Shown piece by piece: positions 51,104-60,501 of a DNA stretch of 63,059 nucleotides. The stretch's first letter is position 1, and every line of letters starts with the position of its first letter. A program made the translations under genes and the position numbers. The notes beneath the pieces are model-generated. The model saw nothing but the letters and a program-made list of their open reading frames with translations. It was not told the origin of the DNA and did no database searches. Source of the stretch: Bacteroidia bacterium (GTDB lineage Bacteria; Bacteroidota; Bacteroidia; NS11-12g; UBA9320); contig JAFMCI010000006.1 in NCBI GenBank assembly GCA_017857855.1, positions 1 to 63,059 of the forward strand. The letters run 5' to 3'.

Positions 51104-52333
51104 ATGACCATCTATCAAAATTTTAAAGAAGCCTTTACCAGTATTAGGGGTAATATTACGAGAACTATAATTACGTGTCTGATTATCTCTTTTGGGATTA
51201 TGGCATTAGTTGGTATTCTTACCGCCATTGATGGAATAGAGAGTAGCTTGGTGAAAAACTTTAGTTTTATGGGGTCGAATTCTTTTAACATACAAAATAG
51301 GTCCTCTGGATTTTCGTTGAACAGAAAAAATAAACGAACATTCTTTGAGAATATAACTTACAAGGAAGCCGCAGAATTTAAAAGTAGGTTTGAAGAGGAT
51401 GCTGAGGTTTCTGTAAATTCTTCCAATTCTTGGACAGCGATAGCTAAAAATGGCAATAAAAAAACCAATCCCAATTCTAATATAATTGGTGCCGATGAAT
51501 CTTATCTTTCAGTAGCTGGTTATGACTTAGCCGAAGGTAGAAATTTAACAATGGCAGATGTGGAGCGTAATATTAATGTCGCTGTGATTGGCCAAGAGAT
51601 TAAAGAATCGCTATTTGGTGCAGAAAATTGTATTAATAAGGATATTAAGGTAGGTGGTGTAAAGCTTCGAGTGGTGGGTCTTTTTGCCAGTAAAGGAGGG
51701 GCGTTTGATTTTGGAGGAGATAGAATTATCCTAATGCCTGTAACCTTGGCTCGGGATAAATTCCCGAAAGATAATTTGAGTTATAATATAGGAGTTAGTG
51801 TCCCAAGTATAGCTAATTTAGATGCTATGTCGGGTTATTCAGAGAACCTATTTAGACAAATACGGAGGCTAAAGGTAAAAGAAGAAACAAATTTCAGTAT
51901 TATAAAGTCGGATAGTATATCTGCCTCTTTGATGGAGAACTTAAATGTTATTTTATTGGGAGCAGTTTATATAGCGGCTATCACCCTAATGGGAGCGGCG
52001 ATAGCCTTAATGAATATCATGTTGGTGTCGGTAACGGAGCGAACCAAAGAAATAGGGACCCGTAAAGCGATAGGTGCAAGAAGTAAAACGGTTTTAAATC
52101 AGTTTGTGATTGAAGCGATTGTAATATGCCAAATAGGTGGCCTAGGAGGTGTTATATTAGGAATTACTATGGGGAACCTGATTAGTAGTATGATAGGAGG
52201 TAGCTTTATTATACCATGGAATTGGATTGGTCTGGCCTTGGCCGTGTGCACCGTAGTAGGTTTAGGTGCTGGAATATGGCCGGCATACAAGGCTTCACGC
52301 ATTAACCCCATAGAAGCTTTGAGACACGAATAG
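51104..52333 (+). CDS. ABC transporter permease (MacB-like)
   Basis: MNIMLVSVTERTKEIGTRKAIGA, WPAYKASRINPIEALRHE. Confidence 0.92.
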   Translation: MTIYQNFKEAFTSIRGNITRTIITCLIISFGIMALVGILTAIDGIESSLVKNFSFMGSNSFNIQNRSSGFSLNRKNKRTFFENITYKEAAEFKSRFEEDAEVSVNSSNSWTAIAKNGNKKTNPNSNIIGADESYLSVAGYDLAEGRNLTMADVERNINVAVIGQEIKESLFGAENCINKDIKVGGVKLRVVGLFASKGGAFDFGGDRIILMPVTLARDKFPKDNLSYNIGVSVPSIANLDAMSGYSENLFRQIRRLKVKEETNFSIIKSDSISASLMENLNVILLGAVYIAAITLMGAAIALMNIMLVSVTERTKEIGTRKAIGARSKTVLNQFVIEAIVICQIGGLGGVILGITMGNLISSMIGGSFIIPWNWIGLALAVCTVVGLGAGIWPAYKASRINPIEALRHE

Positions 52334-52354
52334 AGGTCTGCTCGTTTTTTTAGC

Positions 52355-52385
52355 AAAAAAAATCCCGACTCTAAAGTCGGGATTT
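52355..52385 (-). terminator. Intrinsic terminator of rpsF-rpsR-rplI (possibly bidirectional)
   Basis: A8-TCCCGACT-CTAA-AGTCGGGATTT. Confidence 0.85.
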
Positions 52386-52413
52386 ATACATTTATTCGAA
52401 AGAATAGTAAGTA

Positions 52414-52854
52414 TTACTCTTGAACTACGTCTACATCTATTTCTACAGAAATTTCTTTGTGTAATTGAATAGATGCTTTGTACTCTCCTAAGTTTTTGAT
52501 CTCAGGAGTAGTTATTTTTCTTTTATCAATATCAAACCCTCTGTCTACAAGACTTTGAGCTAATTGCATAGCAGTTACTGAACCAAATATTTTGCCATTG
52601 GAACCTGCTTTTGTTGGAACAATAACTTTCATTCCTGTCAACTTTTCTGCAAGTGCCTGAGCATCTTCTTTAATTTTTGTTTGCTTGTGAGCTGCTTGTC
52701 TCACGTTTTCTTCTGCCATTTTGATTGCAGATGGAGTAGCAATAGTTGCTAACCCTTGAGGAATAAGGTAATTTCTACCGAAGCCATTTTTTACTTCGAC
52801 GATATCATTTTTCTCACCAAATCCTTTTACGAAATCTTTTAATATAACTTTCAT
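52414..52854 (-). CDS. rplI: 50S ribosomal protein L9
   Basis: MKVIL...VKNGFGRNYLIP, GKIFGSVT. Confidence 0.97.
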   Translation of the reverse strand: MKVILKDFVKGFGEKNDIVEVKNGFGRNYLIPQGLATIATPSAIKMAEENVRQAAHKQTKIKEDAQALAEKLTGMKVIVPTKAGSNGKIFGSVTAMQLAQSLVDRGFDIDKRKITTPEIKNLGEYKASIQLHKEISVEIDVDVVQE

Positions 52855-52880
52855 TGCGTTAAAATTTAATTTGGTTAAAC

Positions 52881-53135
52881 TTATTTCATTTGGTCTGCTA
52901 CGTAAGGAAGTAAAGCAATATGTCTACATCTCTTAACGGCTACAGCCACTTTTCGTTGATATTTAAGCGAAGTACCTGTAATACGTCTTGGTAATAACTT
53001 GCCTTGCTCATTAATAAATGCCATCAAGAAATCTGGATTCTTGTAGTCTATGTACTTGATTCCACTTTTCTTGAATCTGCAATACTTCTTAGGACGTATT
53101 ACAGGAACTCTCGTGTATTTTTGTCTCTTAGCCAT
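52881..53135 (-). CDS. rpsR: 30S ribosomal protein S18
   Basis: [19 protein letters not shown]. Confidence 0.97.
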   Translation of the reverse strand: MAKRQKYTRVPVIRPKKYCRFKKSGIKYIDYKNPDFLMAFINEQGKLLPRRITGTSLKYQRKVAVAVKRCRHIALLPYVADQMK

Positions 53136-53138
53136 GAT

Positions 53139-53564
53139 TTATTCCTCCTCTTCGCTAGTTACTGGTGTTACTTTAGCTTCTGCTACTGGTGCAGCATTTG
53201 TATTGTCTACAATTTTAGCTTTTTTGAATTCTCCGTTTCTTCTTCTCTCGTTGTACTTAATAGCATGCTTGTCAAGTTTGATACATAAGTATCTTAAAAC
53301 CTGTTCGTCACGTCTGTAAGCTAATTCAAGCTTGTCAACGATTTGCGCATCTGCTTCAGCGGTAAATTCGAAAATTTGATAGAAACCTGTTGTTTTTTTC
53401 TGAATTGGATAAGCCATCTTAGTTAGGCCCCAATTTTCTTTGTGGATGAGCTCTCCACCGTTTTCTGTGATCAGCTTTTCGAAAGAGGATACTGCATCTT
53501 GCAACATCTTTTCGCTAAGCACGGGTGTAAGAACAACCACAGACTCGTAATGTGTTTTTTCCAT
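53139..53564 (-). CDS. rpsF: 30S ribosomal protein S6
   Basis: HYESVV, WGLTKMAYPIQK; Bacteroidota-type C-terminal extension. Confidence 0.96.
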   Translation of the reverse strand: MEKTHYESVVVLTPVLSEKMLQDAVSSFEKLITENGGELIHKENWGLTKMAYPIQKKTTGFYQIFEFTAEADAQIVDKLELAYRRDEQVLRYLCIKLDKHAIKYNERRRNGEFKKAKIVDNTNAAPVAEAKVTPVTSEEEE

Positions 53565-53597
53565 TGTTATTGTGTTTAAAAATAATTTTTAGGGCTG

Positions 53598-53605
53598 CAA
53601 AAGTA
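53598..53605 (-). promoter_or_regulatory. -7 promoter element (TACTTTTG) of the rpsF operon
   Basis: Exact TAnnTTTG match followed by CAGCCCTAAAAA. Confidence 0.7.
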
Positions 53606-53865
53606 ATATTTTAAAATATAAATACACAACTATGTGTAAGCTAAAATTTAACATGCGTTTTTACCCGCTGATTTTAAGCTTTAATTAATTTTGAAATATA
53701 AATATATGCTTGGTTTTGCTCTACTTGATGAGTAATGTACGAATAGATTTTTGTGCGATTTACGGGTCTACATATTGAGCTGAAACCCGGAATGAATGTT
53801 ATTTATTGACTAAATTTTCAACACTTCTTGTTTATCACCTCATACTAAATATACTTTGCAAACCA

Positions 53866-54954
53866 ATGGGAAGTTACGTAGTAAGTGCACGAAAATATAG
53901 ACCTGAAACCTTTGATACGGTTGTTGGGCAACAGCATATTACCGAAACGCTAATTAATGAAATTACCAATGATCGTCTGGCTCAAGCCTTTCTTTTTTGT
54001 GGACCTAGGGGAGTAGGTAAAACTACTTGTGCCCGTATTTTGGCAAAGGAGATAAACAAGGGTACGGTTCCCGAGGGCTACGATTTTTCCTTTAATATTT
54101 TTGAATTAGACGCTGCATCTCACAACTCTGTTGATGATATACGAGCGCTTAATGAACAAGTCCGGATACCTCCGCAAACAGGAGTATATAAGGTGTATAT
54201 TATAGATGAGGTTCATATGTTGTCACAGCAAGCATTTAACGCTTTTCTGAAAACATTGGAAGAACCTCCTAAGTATGCTATTTTTATATTAGCAACTACC
54301 GAAAAACATAAAATACTTCCAACCATTTTATCTCGTTGTCAGGTTTTTAACTTTGATAGGATACAAATACCTGAGATAGTAAGTCACCTACAAGGAATAG
54401 CAAAAGATGAACATATTGAGGCAGAAGAGGACGCATTGCATCTCATAGCACAAAAGGCAGATGGCGCCATGCGTGATGCCCTATCTATTTTTGATCAAAT
54501 GGCTAGTTTTGGCAAAGATGGGAAGATAACGTACGCTGATGTTATTGAGAATTTAAACATTTTAGATTACGACTACTATTTTAAGATGCTAGATGGTTTC
54601 CTTGAAGGAGATATAAGTTCTGTGCTGGTTAATTACGATGAGATACAGCGTAATGGTTTTGACGGTCAATTGTTTATCAATGGATTAGCTAACCATTTCA
54701 GGGATTTATTGGTTGCTCAAAATGCCAATAGCCAGCAGCTTTTAGAAAAATCAAAAGAAATAGCGGGTAGATATCACAAGCAAGCTTTAGCAGTTACGCC
54801 GTCATTTATCATCAACGCGATAAACATATTGGGTGAGACCGATATGAATTATAAAACGAGCAGGAACACCCGACTGCACGTAGAGTTATGCTTAATAAAA
54901 CTGGCATCACTACAACACGCCATAGACGTAACTAAAAAAAAAAGCCTAGGTTAG
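53866..54954 (+). CDS. dnaX: DNA polymerase III subunit gamma/tau, zero-frame (gamma-length, 362 aa) part
   Basis: SARKYRP, GPRGVGKTT, IIDEVHML, TILSRC; start at ATG 53866. Confidence 0.95.
   Translation: MGSYVVSARKYRPETFDTVVGQQHITETLINEITNDRLAQAFLFCGPRGVGKTTCARILAKEINKGTVPEGYDFSFNIFELDAASHNSVDDIRALNEQVRIPPQTGVYKVYIIDEVHMLSQQAFNAFLKTLEEPPKYAIFILATTEKHKILPTILSRCQVFNFDRIQIPEIVSHLQGIAKDEHIEAEEDALHLIAQKADGAMRDALSIFDQMASFGKDGKITYADVIENLNILDYDYYFKMLDGFLEGDISSVLVNYDEIQRNGFDGQLFINGLANHFRDLLVAQNANSQQLLEKSKEIAGRYHKQALAVTPSFIINAINILGETDMNYKTSRNTRLHVELCLIKLASLQHAIDVTKKKSLG
54934..54944 (+). other. A10G slippery run: candidate -1 ribosomal frameshift or transcriptional slippage site of dnaX
   Basis: ACT AAA AAA AAA AGC CTA GGT TAG; contains A_AAA_AAG; the -1 frame opens right after TAA 54933-54935. 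Confidence 0.75.
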
Positions 54955-55538
54955 AAGCATTAGTCAATACCGGTTTTTACGAACATCTTTTTGCAAAAAC
55001 AGATACTCCACAAGATAAAACTGATGAAAGCGTTACTGCAAGCGGTCGTAAATCAGAAGACGACGAACCTGTTGCTAGCGTAAAAATAGGTGGTCTGAGG
55101 GCAGTAATGCAAAAATCTCGCGAAAAGGTTGTAGAGAAAATTGAAGAAAAGGATGTTGATACGGGGTTACCTCTATCAGATATAACCTTAGAATCAAGTA
55201 AAGATATTTTAAAAGAATATGCTCAAAAGCTCATTTTAGATAAGCGGGCTAGTTTAGCGTCATTCTTCGCCGATCCATTGATAGAAGTGTTACAAAACAA
55301 TATCCTTTTCACCGTAGGTTCTAAGATGGTGGCAGAAGAGATCAAAGAAGAATCACGAAAGGTTAAGGCTCTTTTTGCTGAAAAAGGTTATTTATTGGAT
55401 AATCTTACGTGTACCGTAAATGCCGTAGAGGTCAATGAATACAAGCTGTTTACCCCAAAACAGCAATTCGATGATATGGCTAAGGAATTCCCGTTGTTAG
55501 CTGATTTTGAGAGTCGGTTTAACTTAGAGATTGAGTAG
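54936..55538 (+). CDS. dnaX: DnaX tau C-terminal extension in the -1 frame (includes track ORF 55107-55538)
   Basis: Stop-free -1 frame from the A-run to TAG 55538; ends FTPKQQF..M...FP.L..F...FNLEIE, resembling tau C-termini. Confidence 0.75.
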   Translation, partial: KKKPRLEALVNTGFYEHLFAKTDTPQDKTDESVTASGRKSEDDEPVASVKIGGLRAVMQKSREKVVEKIEEKDVDTGLPLSDITLESSKDILKEYAQKLILDKRASLASFFADPLIEVLQNNILFTVGSKMVAEEIKEESRKVKALFAEKGYLLDNLTCTVNAVEVNEYKLFTPKQQFDDMAKEFPLLADFESRFNLEIE

Positions 55539-55593
55539 AACACTTAATCTGTAGTCCTAAAATATCAAAAAAAAAAATCGTGTTTGGCAAAAT

Positions 55594-56319
55594 CTAAACC
55601 TCCGCCACGATAATTAGATTAGGTTCAAAAACCACATTATGCCACGTTCTGGCAGTAAAGAAAAGTACCGTTTTTTTAAATGTTTTATATTTCCACCAGC
55701 CTATTCTTCGGATGACTTCTTTAATTGGATTGGTATTTCTAACAAGTCCACCAAAAACTTCTACTTTTTTAAAACCTACGGCACTGGTTACTTGAAGAGC
55801 AGAACTTTTATTCAGAAAAACCTCATGGCTAATATCTCCATATGCATAAACGCTAGTTTGAGGGGCATCCATATTGGGTGTTCTAAAAATGGCTTTCCCG
55901 CCTGGATTTAAGCATTTTTTTACATTTAATAGGAAATCTATTAATTCGTTTTTAGTAAAATGCTCAATAATATCTAAACCTACAATCAAATCTACTTTTT
56001 CACCCTTGGCAAAGTATGAATCGATGCTACTATGATATACATTGGTCATGCCTAACTCATGGGCTACTGCTACTTGCTCTTCACTAATGTCATATCCTGA
56101 TACATGGGTATATCCAGCATCCATTGCAGGTTTTACAAAAGTGCCAAAACCACAACCCAAATCTACTATTTTAGCAGATTTGTTCTGAGGTAAGAGAGCT
56201 AATAATTCAGCGCCATTGTGGGATGCTTGCTCGGCTAACATACCGGCATAGTCTCGCGCTTGCTTATTTACCTGATTCGTAAAATAGTTATTATAAATAG
56301 TATCTCTGTACTCCAACAT
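55594..56319 (-). CDS. Class I SAM-dependent methyltransferase
   Basis: VDLGCGFG, GYDIS, DIIEH, LNPGG; start reassigned to ATG 56319, 9 nt after TAAGTTTG (56329-56336). Confidence 0.88.
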   Translation of the reverse strand: MLEYRDTIYNNYFTNQVNKQARDYAGMLAEQASHNGAELLALLPQNKSAKIVDLGCGFGTFVKPAMDAGYTHVSGYDISEEQVAVAHELGMTNVYHSSIDSYFAKGEKVDLIVGLDIIEHFTKNELIDFLLNVKKCLNPGGKAIFRTPNMDAPQTSVYAYGDISHEVFLNKSSALQVTSAVGFKKVEVFGGLVRNTNPIKEVIRRIGWWKYKTFKKTVLFFTARTWHNVVFEPNLIIVAEV

Positions 56320-56328
56320 TTTAGGTTG

Positions 56329-56347
56329 CAAACTTATACTATTTTTG
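56329..56347. promoter_or_regulatory. Back-to-back -7 elements (TAAGTTTG on minus, TATTTTTG on plus)
   Basis: Two exact TAnnTTTG matches 3 bp apart in a 32-bp divergent spacer. Confidence 0.65.
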
Positions 56348-56351
56348 CTCG

Positions 56352-56942
56352 ATGCTCAAAAGCTATATGCACAAAGGACTGATAGAAGCTGGTTGTGATG
56401 AAGCCGGCCGAGGCTGCTTGGCAGGTCCTGTGTATGCAGCAGCGGTTATTTTGCCAGTTGGCGTTCGTTTACCATTACTAGATGATAGCAAAAAACTAAA
56501 TGAAGCCACTAGAGATAAACTACGTAAACAGATTGAAAGCAAAGCTCTTGCATGGGCAGTAGCGAGCTGCACAGAGAGGGAGATAGAGAAATACAACATC
56601 TTGCATTGCAGTATTTTAGCAATGCATAGAGCGATTGAGATGTTATCACTTCATCCGGAGCATTTGCTTATAGATGGTAACCGTTTTAAACCCTTAAATT
56701 TCATCCCGCATACCACAGTGATAAAGGGAGATGGAATTTACAAAAGCATTGCAGCGGCAAGCATTTTGGCTAAAACACATCGTGATGACTTTATGAAAAA
56801 GCTAGCTGTAGTTCATCCTGAATTTGGATTTGAGCAGCATAAAGGGTATGGTACTGTTCAACATATAGCAGCTATTGATGAATTTGGTTATCAAGATTGT
56901 CATCGAAAAACCTTTGTATTGAAGCGTGATAAAATAAAATGA
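56352..56942 (+). CDS. rnhB: Ribonuclease HII
   Basis: GCDEAGRGCLAGPV, DDSKKL, IDGN, SIAAASILAK, HKGYGT. Confidence 0.97.
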   Translation: MLKSYMHKGLIEAGCDEAGRGCLAGPVYAAAVILPVGVRLPLLDDSKKLNEATRDKLRKQIESKALAWAVASCTEREIEKYNILHCSILAMHRAIEMLSLHPEHLLIDGNRFKPLNFIPHTTVIKGDGIYKSIAAASILAKTHRDDFMKKLAVVHPEFGFEQHKGYGTVQHIAAIDEFGYQDCHRKTFVLKRDKIK

Positions 56943-57032
56943 TCATCTAAAATTCTATGAATATCGCCTGCTTATTAAAAGTAGTGGTTCTTGATAGCAG
57001 GCTGAATACTGTTACTATATTTGCTGCTTAAT

Positions 57033-57863
57033 ATGGCGAAATATCCATCGGTTAAAAATCTACAATATAAGAATGCCAAAGAAAAGTGGCATCATATTAT
57101 TTTCGGTGCTGACACACTCGAAGGTCGAAGATTTGATATTGGGCTACTTTGGGCTATTTTATTTAGCGTTATTTTACTAATCTTAGATAGTGTGAGTTCA
57201 TTGCATGAAAAGTATTTGCTGTTCTTTCAATATGCAGAGTACTTTTTTACGGGCATATTTACCATTGAATATTTAATAAGGTTATATGTAAGTGATAGTT
57301 CCAAGAAGTATGTGTTTAGCTTTTATGGTGTTATTGATTTATTAAGCACTATTCCAACCTATCTTACTTTCTTTTTACCTGGTTATGGTTTGTTTAGAAT
57401 ATTGCGGTCTATACGGCTGTTAAGAATATTCAAAGTTCTTAGTCTCACTAGTTTTATGGGCGAAGCACAAGGTATGGGCAAAGCGCTTAAACGCAGTGGA
57501 GCCAAAATAACGGTATTTTTTGGAGTAGTATTAGTGACTGTATTGGTGATGGGTACCGTTATGTATGTTATAGAACCTGAAGAAGCAGGCTTTTCTAATA
57601 TTCCTATTAGTATAAATTGGGCAATTGTTACCATTACCACTGTGGGTTATGGGAACATGGTACCTGTTACACCACTTGGACAAATTTTAAGTTCGATACT
57701 TATGCTTTTGGGGTATGCAATTATAGCAGTGCCAACAGGTATCGTAAGTGTAGAAATGGCTAAGGATCACAAAAAAAACATTTTGTGCACAATGTGCCAT
57801 TTTATTGAAAATGACGATGCTGCCAACTATTGTAAAAAATGCGGAAACGAGCTGACGAAATAA
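57033..57863 (+). CDS. Voltage-gated-type potassium channel (ion transporter) with C-terminal zinc ribbon
   Basis: S4-like RILRSIRLLRIFK, filter TTVGYG, CTMC...CKKC tail; start at ATG 57033, 9 nt after TATATTTG (57016-57023). Confidence 0.9.
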   Translation: MAKYPSVKNLQYKNAKEKWHHIIFGADTLEGRRFDIGLLWAILFSVILLILDSVSSLHEKYLLFFQYAEYFFTGIFTIEYLIRLYVSDSSKKYVFSFYGVIDLLSTIPTYLTFFLPGYGLFRILRSIRLLRIFKVLSLTSFMGEAQGMGKALKRSGAKITVFFGVVLVTVLVMGTVMYVIEPEEAGFSNIPISINWAIVTITTVGYGNMVPVTPLGQILSSILMLLGYAIIAVPTGIVSVEMAKDHKKNILCTMCHFIENDDAANYCKKCGNELTK

Positions 57864-58003
57864 AAGATTACTACATCAACGATGACGGCAATCTCGTCTT
57901 CACAAGAGATTATCATTTGAAGAGAGGAACGTGCTGTGGCAACAGATGCTTAAATTGCCCTTTTGACTACGTTAATGTTCCAAATACGACTAGTGGAAGT
58001 TGA
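57839..58003 (+). CDS. Small Cys-rich protein (DUF5522-like), 54 aa, absent from ORF track
   Basis: Manual translation MRKRADEIKDYYINDDGNLVFTRDYHLKRGTCCGNRCLNCPFDYVNVPNTTSGS; overlaps the channel 3' end by 25 nt. Confidence 0.8.
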   Translation: MRKRADEIKDYYINDDGNLVFTRDYHLKRGTCCGNRCLNCPFDYVNVPNTTSGS

Positions 58004-58008
58004 ATTAG

Positions 58009-59232
58009 TTACCGGAAATTAATACTTTGGCTAGGTTCTATTTTGTTAATGAGTCTTACCGGAATGTAGGTAAATACAAAACAAACCAACAGAGCAGCAA
58101 TATTAATCATGATTAAATAGATTAATGGTAAGGTAAAAGGGACAGCATCCATATAATAGGTGTCTGCAGAAAGCTTTATTATTTTGTGTTCCACTTGAAG
58201 ATAAGCAGCACCTAAGGCAACAGCATTCCCCATAACGAGGCCACCAAAGAGGATGAATAATCCTTGCCAACTAAAAATACTCATGATTTTTCCTGAATGT
58301 GCGCCCATCGCTTTGAGTAATCCAATCATAGGAATGCGTTCGATTATTAAAATTAAAAGAACCGTAATGATGTTAATGATGGCAACAACAAACATTAAAA
58401 TAATGATTACAATGACATTGGTATCTACGATTTCTAGCCACTGAAATATGGTGGGATATAAATCTTCGGCGGTATTTATGGCATAGTTGTAATCAAATAA
58501 ATTAATCAATGCTTCTTGTACTCGTTTTGGTTCTATCCCTTCTGTAGATTTTATCTCGTAACCAGCTGCTAGAGAGTAATTAGTGTCGTTTACAACGCGC
58601 TGCAACACTCTTAAGTGCATTACGCCAAATTGTTTATCAAACTCTTGTAATCCGGTGTTGAAGATGCCGACAATTTTTGGTTTACGCATGCGTACATTGT
58701 CATTATCTATAAAATAAAGATTTATCCTATCCCCAGTGTCAACGTCCATAATAGTGGCAGTGTACTCTGAAAGTAATATGTCATACGAATCTTTCGTATC
58801 GGTATATTGAGGTATAATACCTCTTTTCAGGTGTTTCTTATAAAACGAGAAATCATAATTTGCAGGAATACCTTTCAAGATAATTCCTTCCAACGTAGAG
58901 TCGGATTTTAAAATGCCTGCTTTATTCATAAATGGGAAGGCAGATGCTATAGACTGCTCCCTATTTATGGTTGCTAATAGTTTCTTATTGATAAGAAATA
59001 GATTGCTTTCGCTTCCGGTGGCTAGTTGGTATTGTGTTACACTCACATCACCCGTATAACCTCTTACCTTTTCTCGAATTTCTTGTTTAAAACCCAGTAG
59101 TATACCAAATGATAAAATGACCACGCATACGCTTAGTGATACTGCTGCTATGGCTAGTACAGTGATCGTTTTAGTGAACGATTGTTGCTTACTTAAACTT
59201 AACTTCTTGGCTATATAGTACCCTATTTGCAT
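58009..59232 (-). CDS. LolC/E-family ABC permease (lipoprotein-releasing type)
   Basis: YIAKKL, GFKQEIREK, ILIIERIPMIGLLKAMGA, YYMDAVP. Confidence 0.85.
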   Translation of the reverse strand: MQIGYYIAKKLSLSKQQSFTKTITVLAIAAVSLSVCVVILSFGILLGFKQEIREKVRGYTGDVSVTQYQLATGSESNLFLINKKLLATINREQSIASAFPFMNKAGILKSDSTLEGIILKGIPANYDFSFYKKHLKRGIIPQYTDTKDSYDILLSEYTATIMDVDTGDRINLYFIDNDNVRMRKPKIVGIFNTGLQEFDKQFGVMHLRVLQRVVNDTNYSLAAGYEIKSTEGIEPKRVQEALINLFDYNYAINTAEDLYPTIFQWLEIVDTNVIVIIILMFVVAIINIITVLLILIIERIPMIGLLKAMGAHSGKIMSIFSWQGLFILFGGLVMGNAVALGAAYLQVEHKIIKLSADTYYMDAVPFTLPLIYLIMINIAALLVCFVFTYIPVRLINKIEPSQSINFR

Positions 59233-59262
59233 ACTTTTGACCCCGCAAGATTATAAACTTAA

Positions 59263-60501
59263 ATGAAGAAATATGTAATAATCTTCTTTTTGATGATCAT
59301 TTTTACGGCATGTGAGTCCGCAAGAACTTCAAAAGAAGAAACAAACCGAGGTAAGAGAGCCGTTACTCAGCATTTAGATGGCGAGTTAGAGGAGTTTGTA
59401 GACGTTATTGTAGGCGCTGCTAAAACAGCAGATTACTTACCTTTTTTGCAAGATAAAAGGGTGGCAATGGTAGTTAATCAGACAAGTACTATTGGTTCAG
59501 TTCATTTAGTGGACACACTCAAAAATTTAGGCGTAAATGTAAAAAAAGTATTCGCTCCTGAGCATGGCTTTAGGGGAAATCACAGTGCAGGGGCCATAAT
59601 TAAAAATGGGCTAGATGTAAAAACAGGTTTGCCGGTGGTTTCCTTGTACGGAGCTAATAAGAAACCAACCTTAGATATGCTAGAAGATATAGATGTGGTT
59701 GTTTTTGATATTCAAGATGTTGGTGTTCGTTTTTATACCTATATTTCTACCATGCACTACGTTATGGAAGCATGTGCCGAGCTAGGTAAAAAAGTATTGA
59801 TTTTAGATAGACCTAATCCAAATGGATTTTATGTAGATGGCCCTGTTTTGGAAAAAGAGTTTATCTCATTTATTGGTATGCATCCTATTCCGCTGGTGCA
59901 TGGGCTTACCGTTGGAGAGCTTGCCCTGATGATAAACGGGGAATCTTGGCTGAAGGGTGGTGTGGCTTGTGAGCTTAAAATAGTGACGTGTGATAATTAT
60001 GATCACGCTACCTTATACCAATTGCCAATTAAGCCATCACCTAATTTGCCCAATATGAATTCAGTGTATCTTTATCCCTATCTCGGACTTTTTGAGGGAA
60101 CCAATGTGAGTATTGGCCGCGGAACACCTTGGCCATTTCAAATCGTGGGTCGTCCAGGTGTAAAAGGGGACATGGAGTTTACTCCAGTATCCATTCCAGG
60201 TGTTGCAGATGATCCAAAGCATCGGGATAATATATGCGGAGGTTTTGAGGTGCACGACGCGGAGGAAGAGTCTTTTTTTGCCTCTCCAAAGTTAAATCTG
60301 AGTTGGTTGATTCTGTTTAACGAAAATAATAGACCAGAAGATGGCAAATATTTTAAAAGTTTCATTTATAAATTATGTGGAACCAAATCACTGTCAGAGC
60401 AAGTAGAACAAGGGAAAAGTGCCGATGAGATTCGTGCTTCGTGGCAGCCGGAATTACAAAAATATAAAGAGTTAAGAAAAAAATATCTTTTGTATCCTTA
60501 G
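59263..60501 (+). CDS. Exo-beta-N-acetylmuramidase NamZ family (DUF1343) lipoprotein
   Basis: Lipobox FTAC; FAPEHGFRG, DIQDVGVRFYTY, DRPNP, PSPNLP. Confidence 0.92.
   Translation: MKKYVIIFFLMIIFTACESARTSKEETNRGKRAVTQHLDGELEEFVDVIVGAAKTADYLPFLQDKRVAMVVNQTSTIGSVHLVDTLKNLGVNVKKVFAPEHGFRGNHSAGAIIKNGLDVKTGLPVVSLYGANKKPTLDMLEDIDVVVFDIQDVGVRFYTYISTMHYVMEACAELGKKVLILDRPNPNGFYVDGPVLEKEFISFIGMHPIPLVHGLTVGELALMINGESWLKGGVACELKIVTCDNYDHATLYQLPIKPSPNLPNMNSVYLYPYLGLFEGTNVSIGRGTPWPFQIVGRPGVKGDMEFTPVSIPGVADDPKHRDNICGGFEVHDAEEESFFASPKLNLSWLILFNENNRPEDGKYFKSFIYKLCGTKSLSEQVEQGKSADEIRASWQPELQKYKELRKKYLLYP

Noticed and set aside
53606-53865. Possible structured RNA between rpsF and dnaX
   Set aside because: Only weak AT-rich hairpins; no tRNA or SRP RNA signature
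55567-55577. A11 homopolymer downstream of dnaX as a phase-variation tract
   Set aside because: Lies between convergent genes, so length changes would not alter a reading frame or promoter
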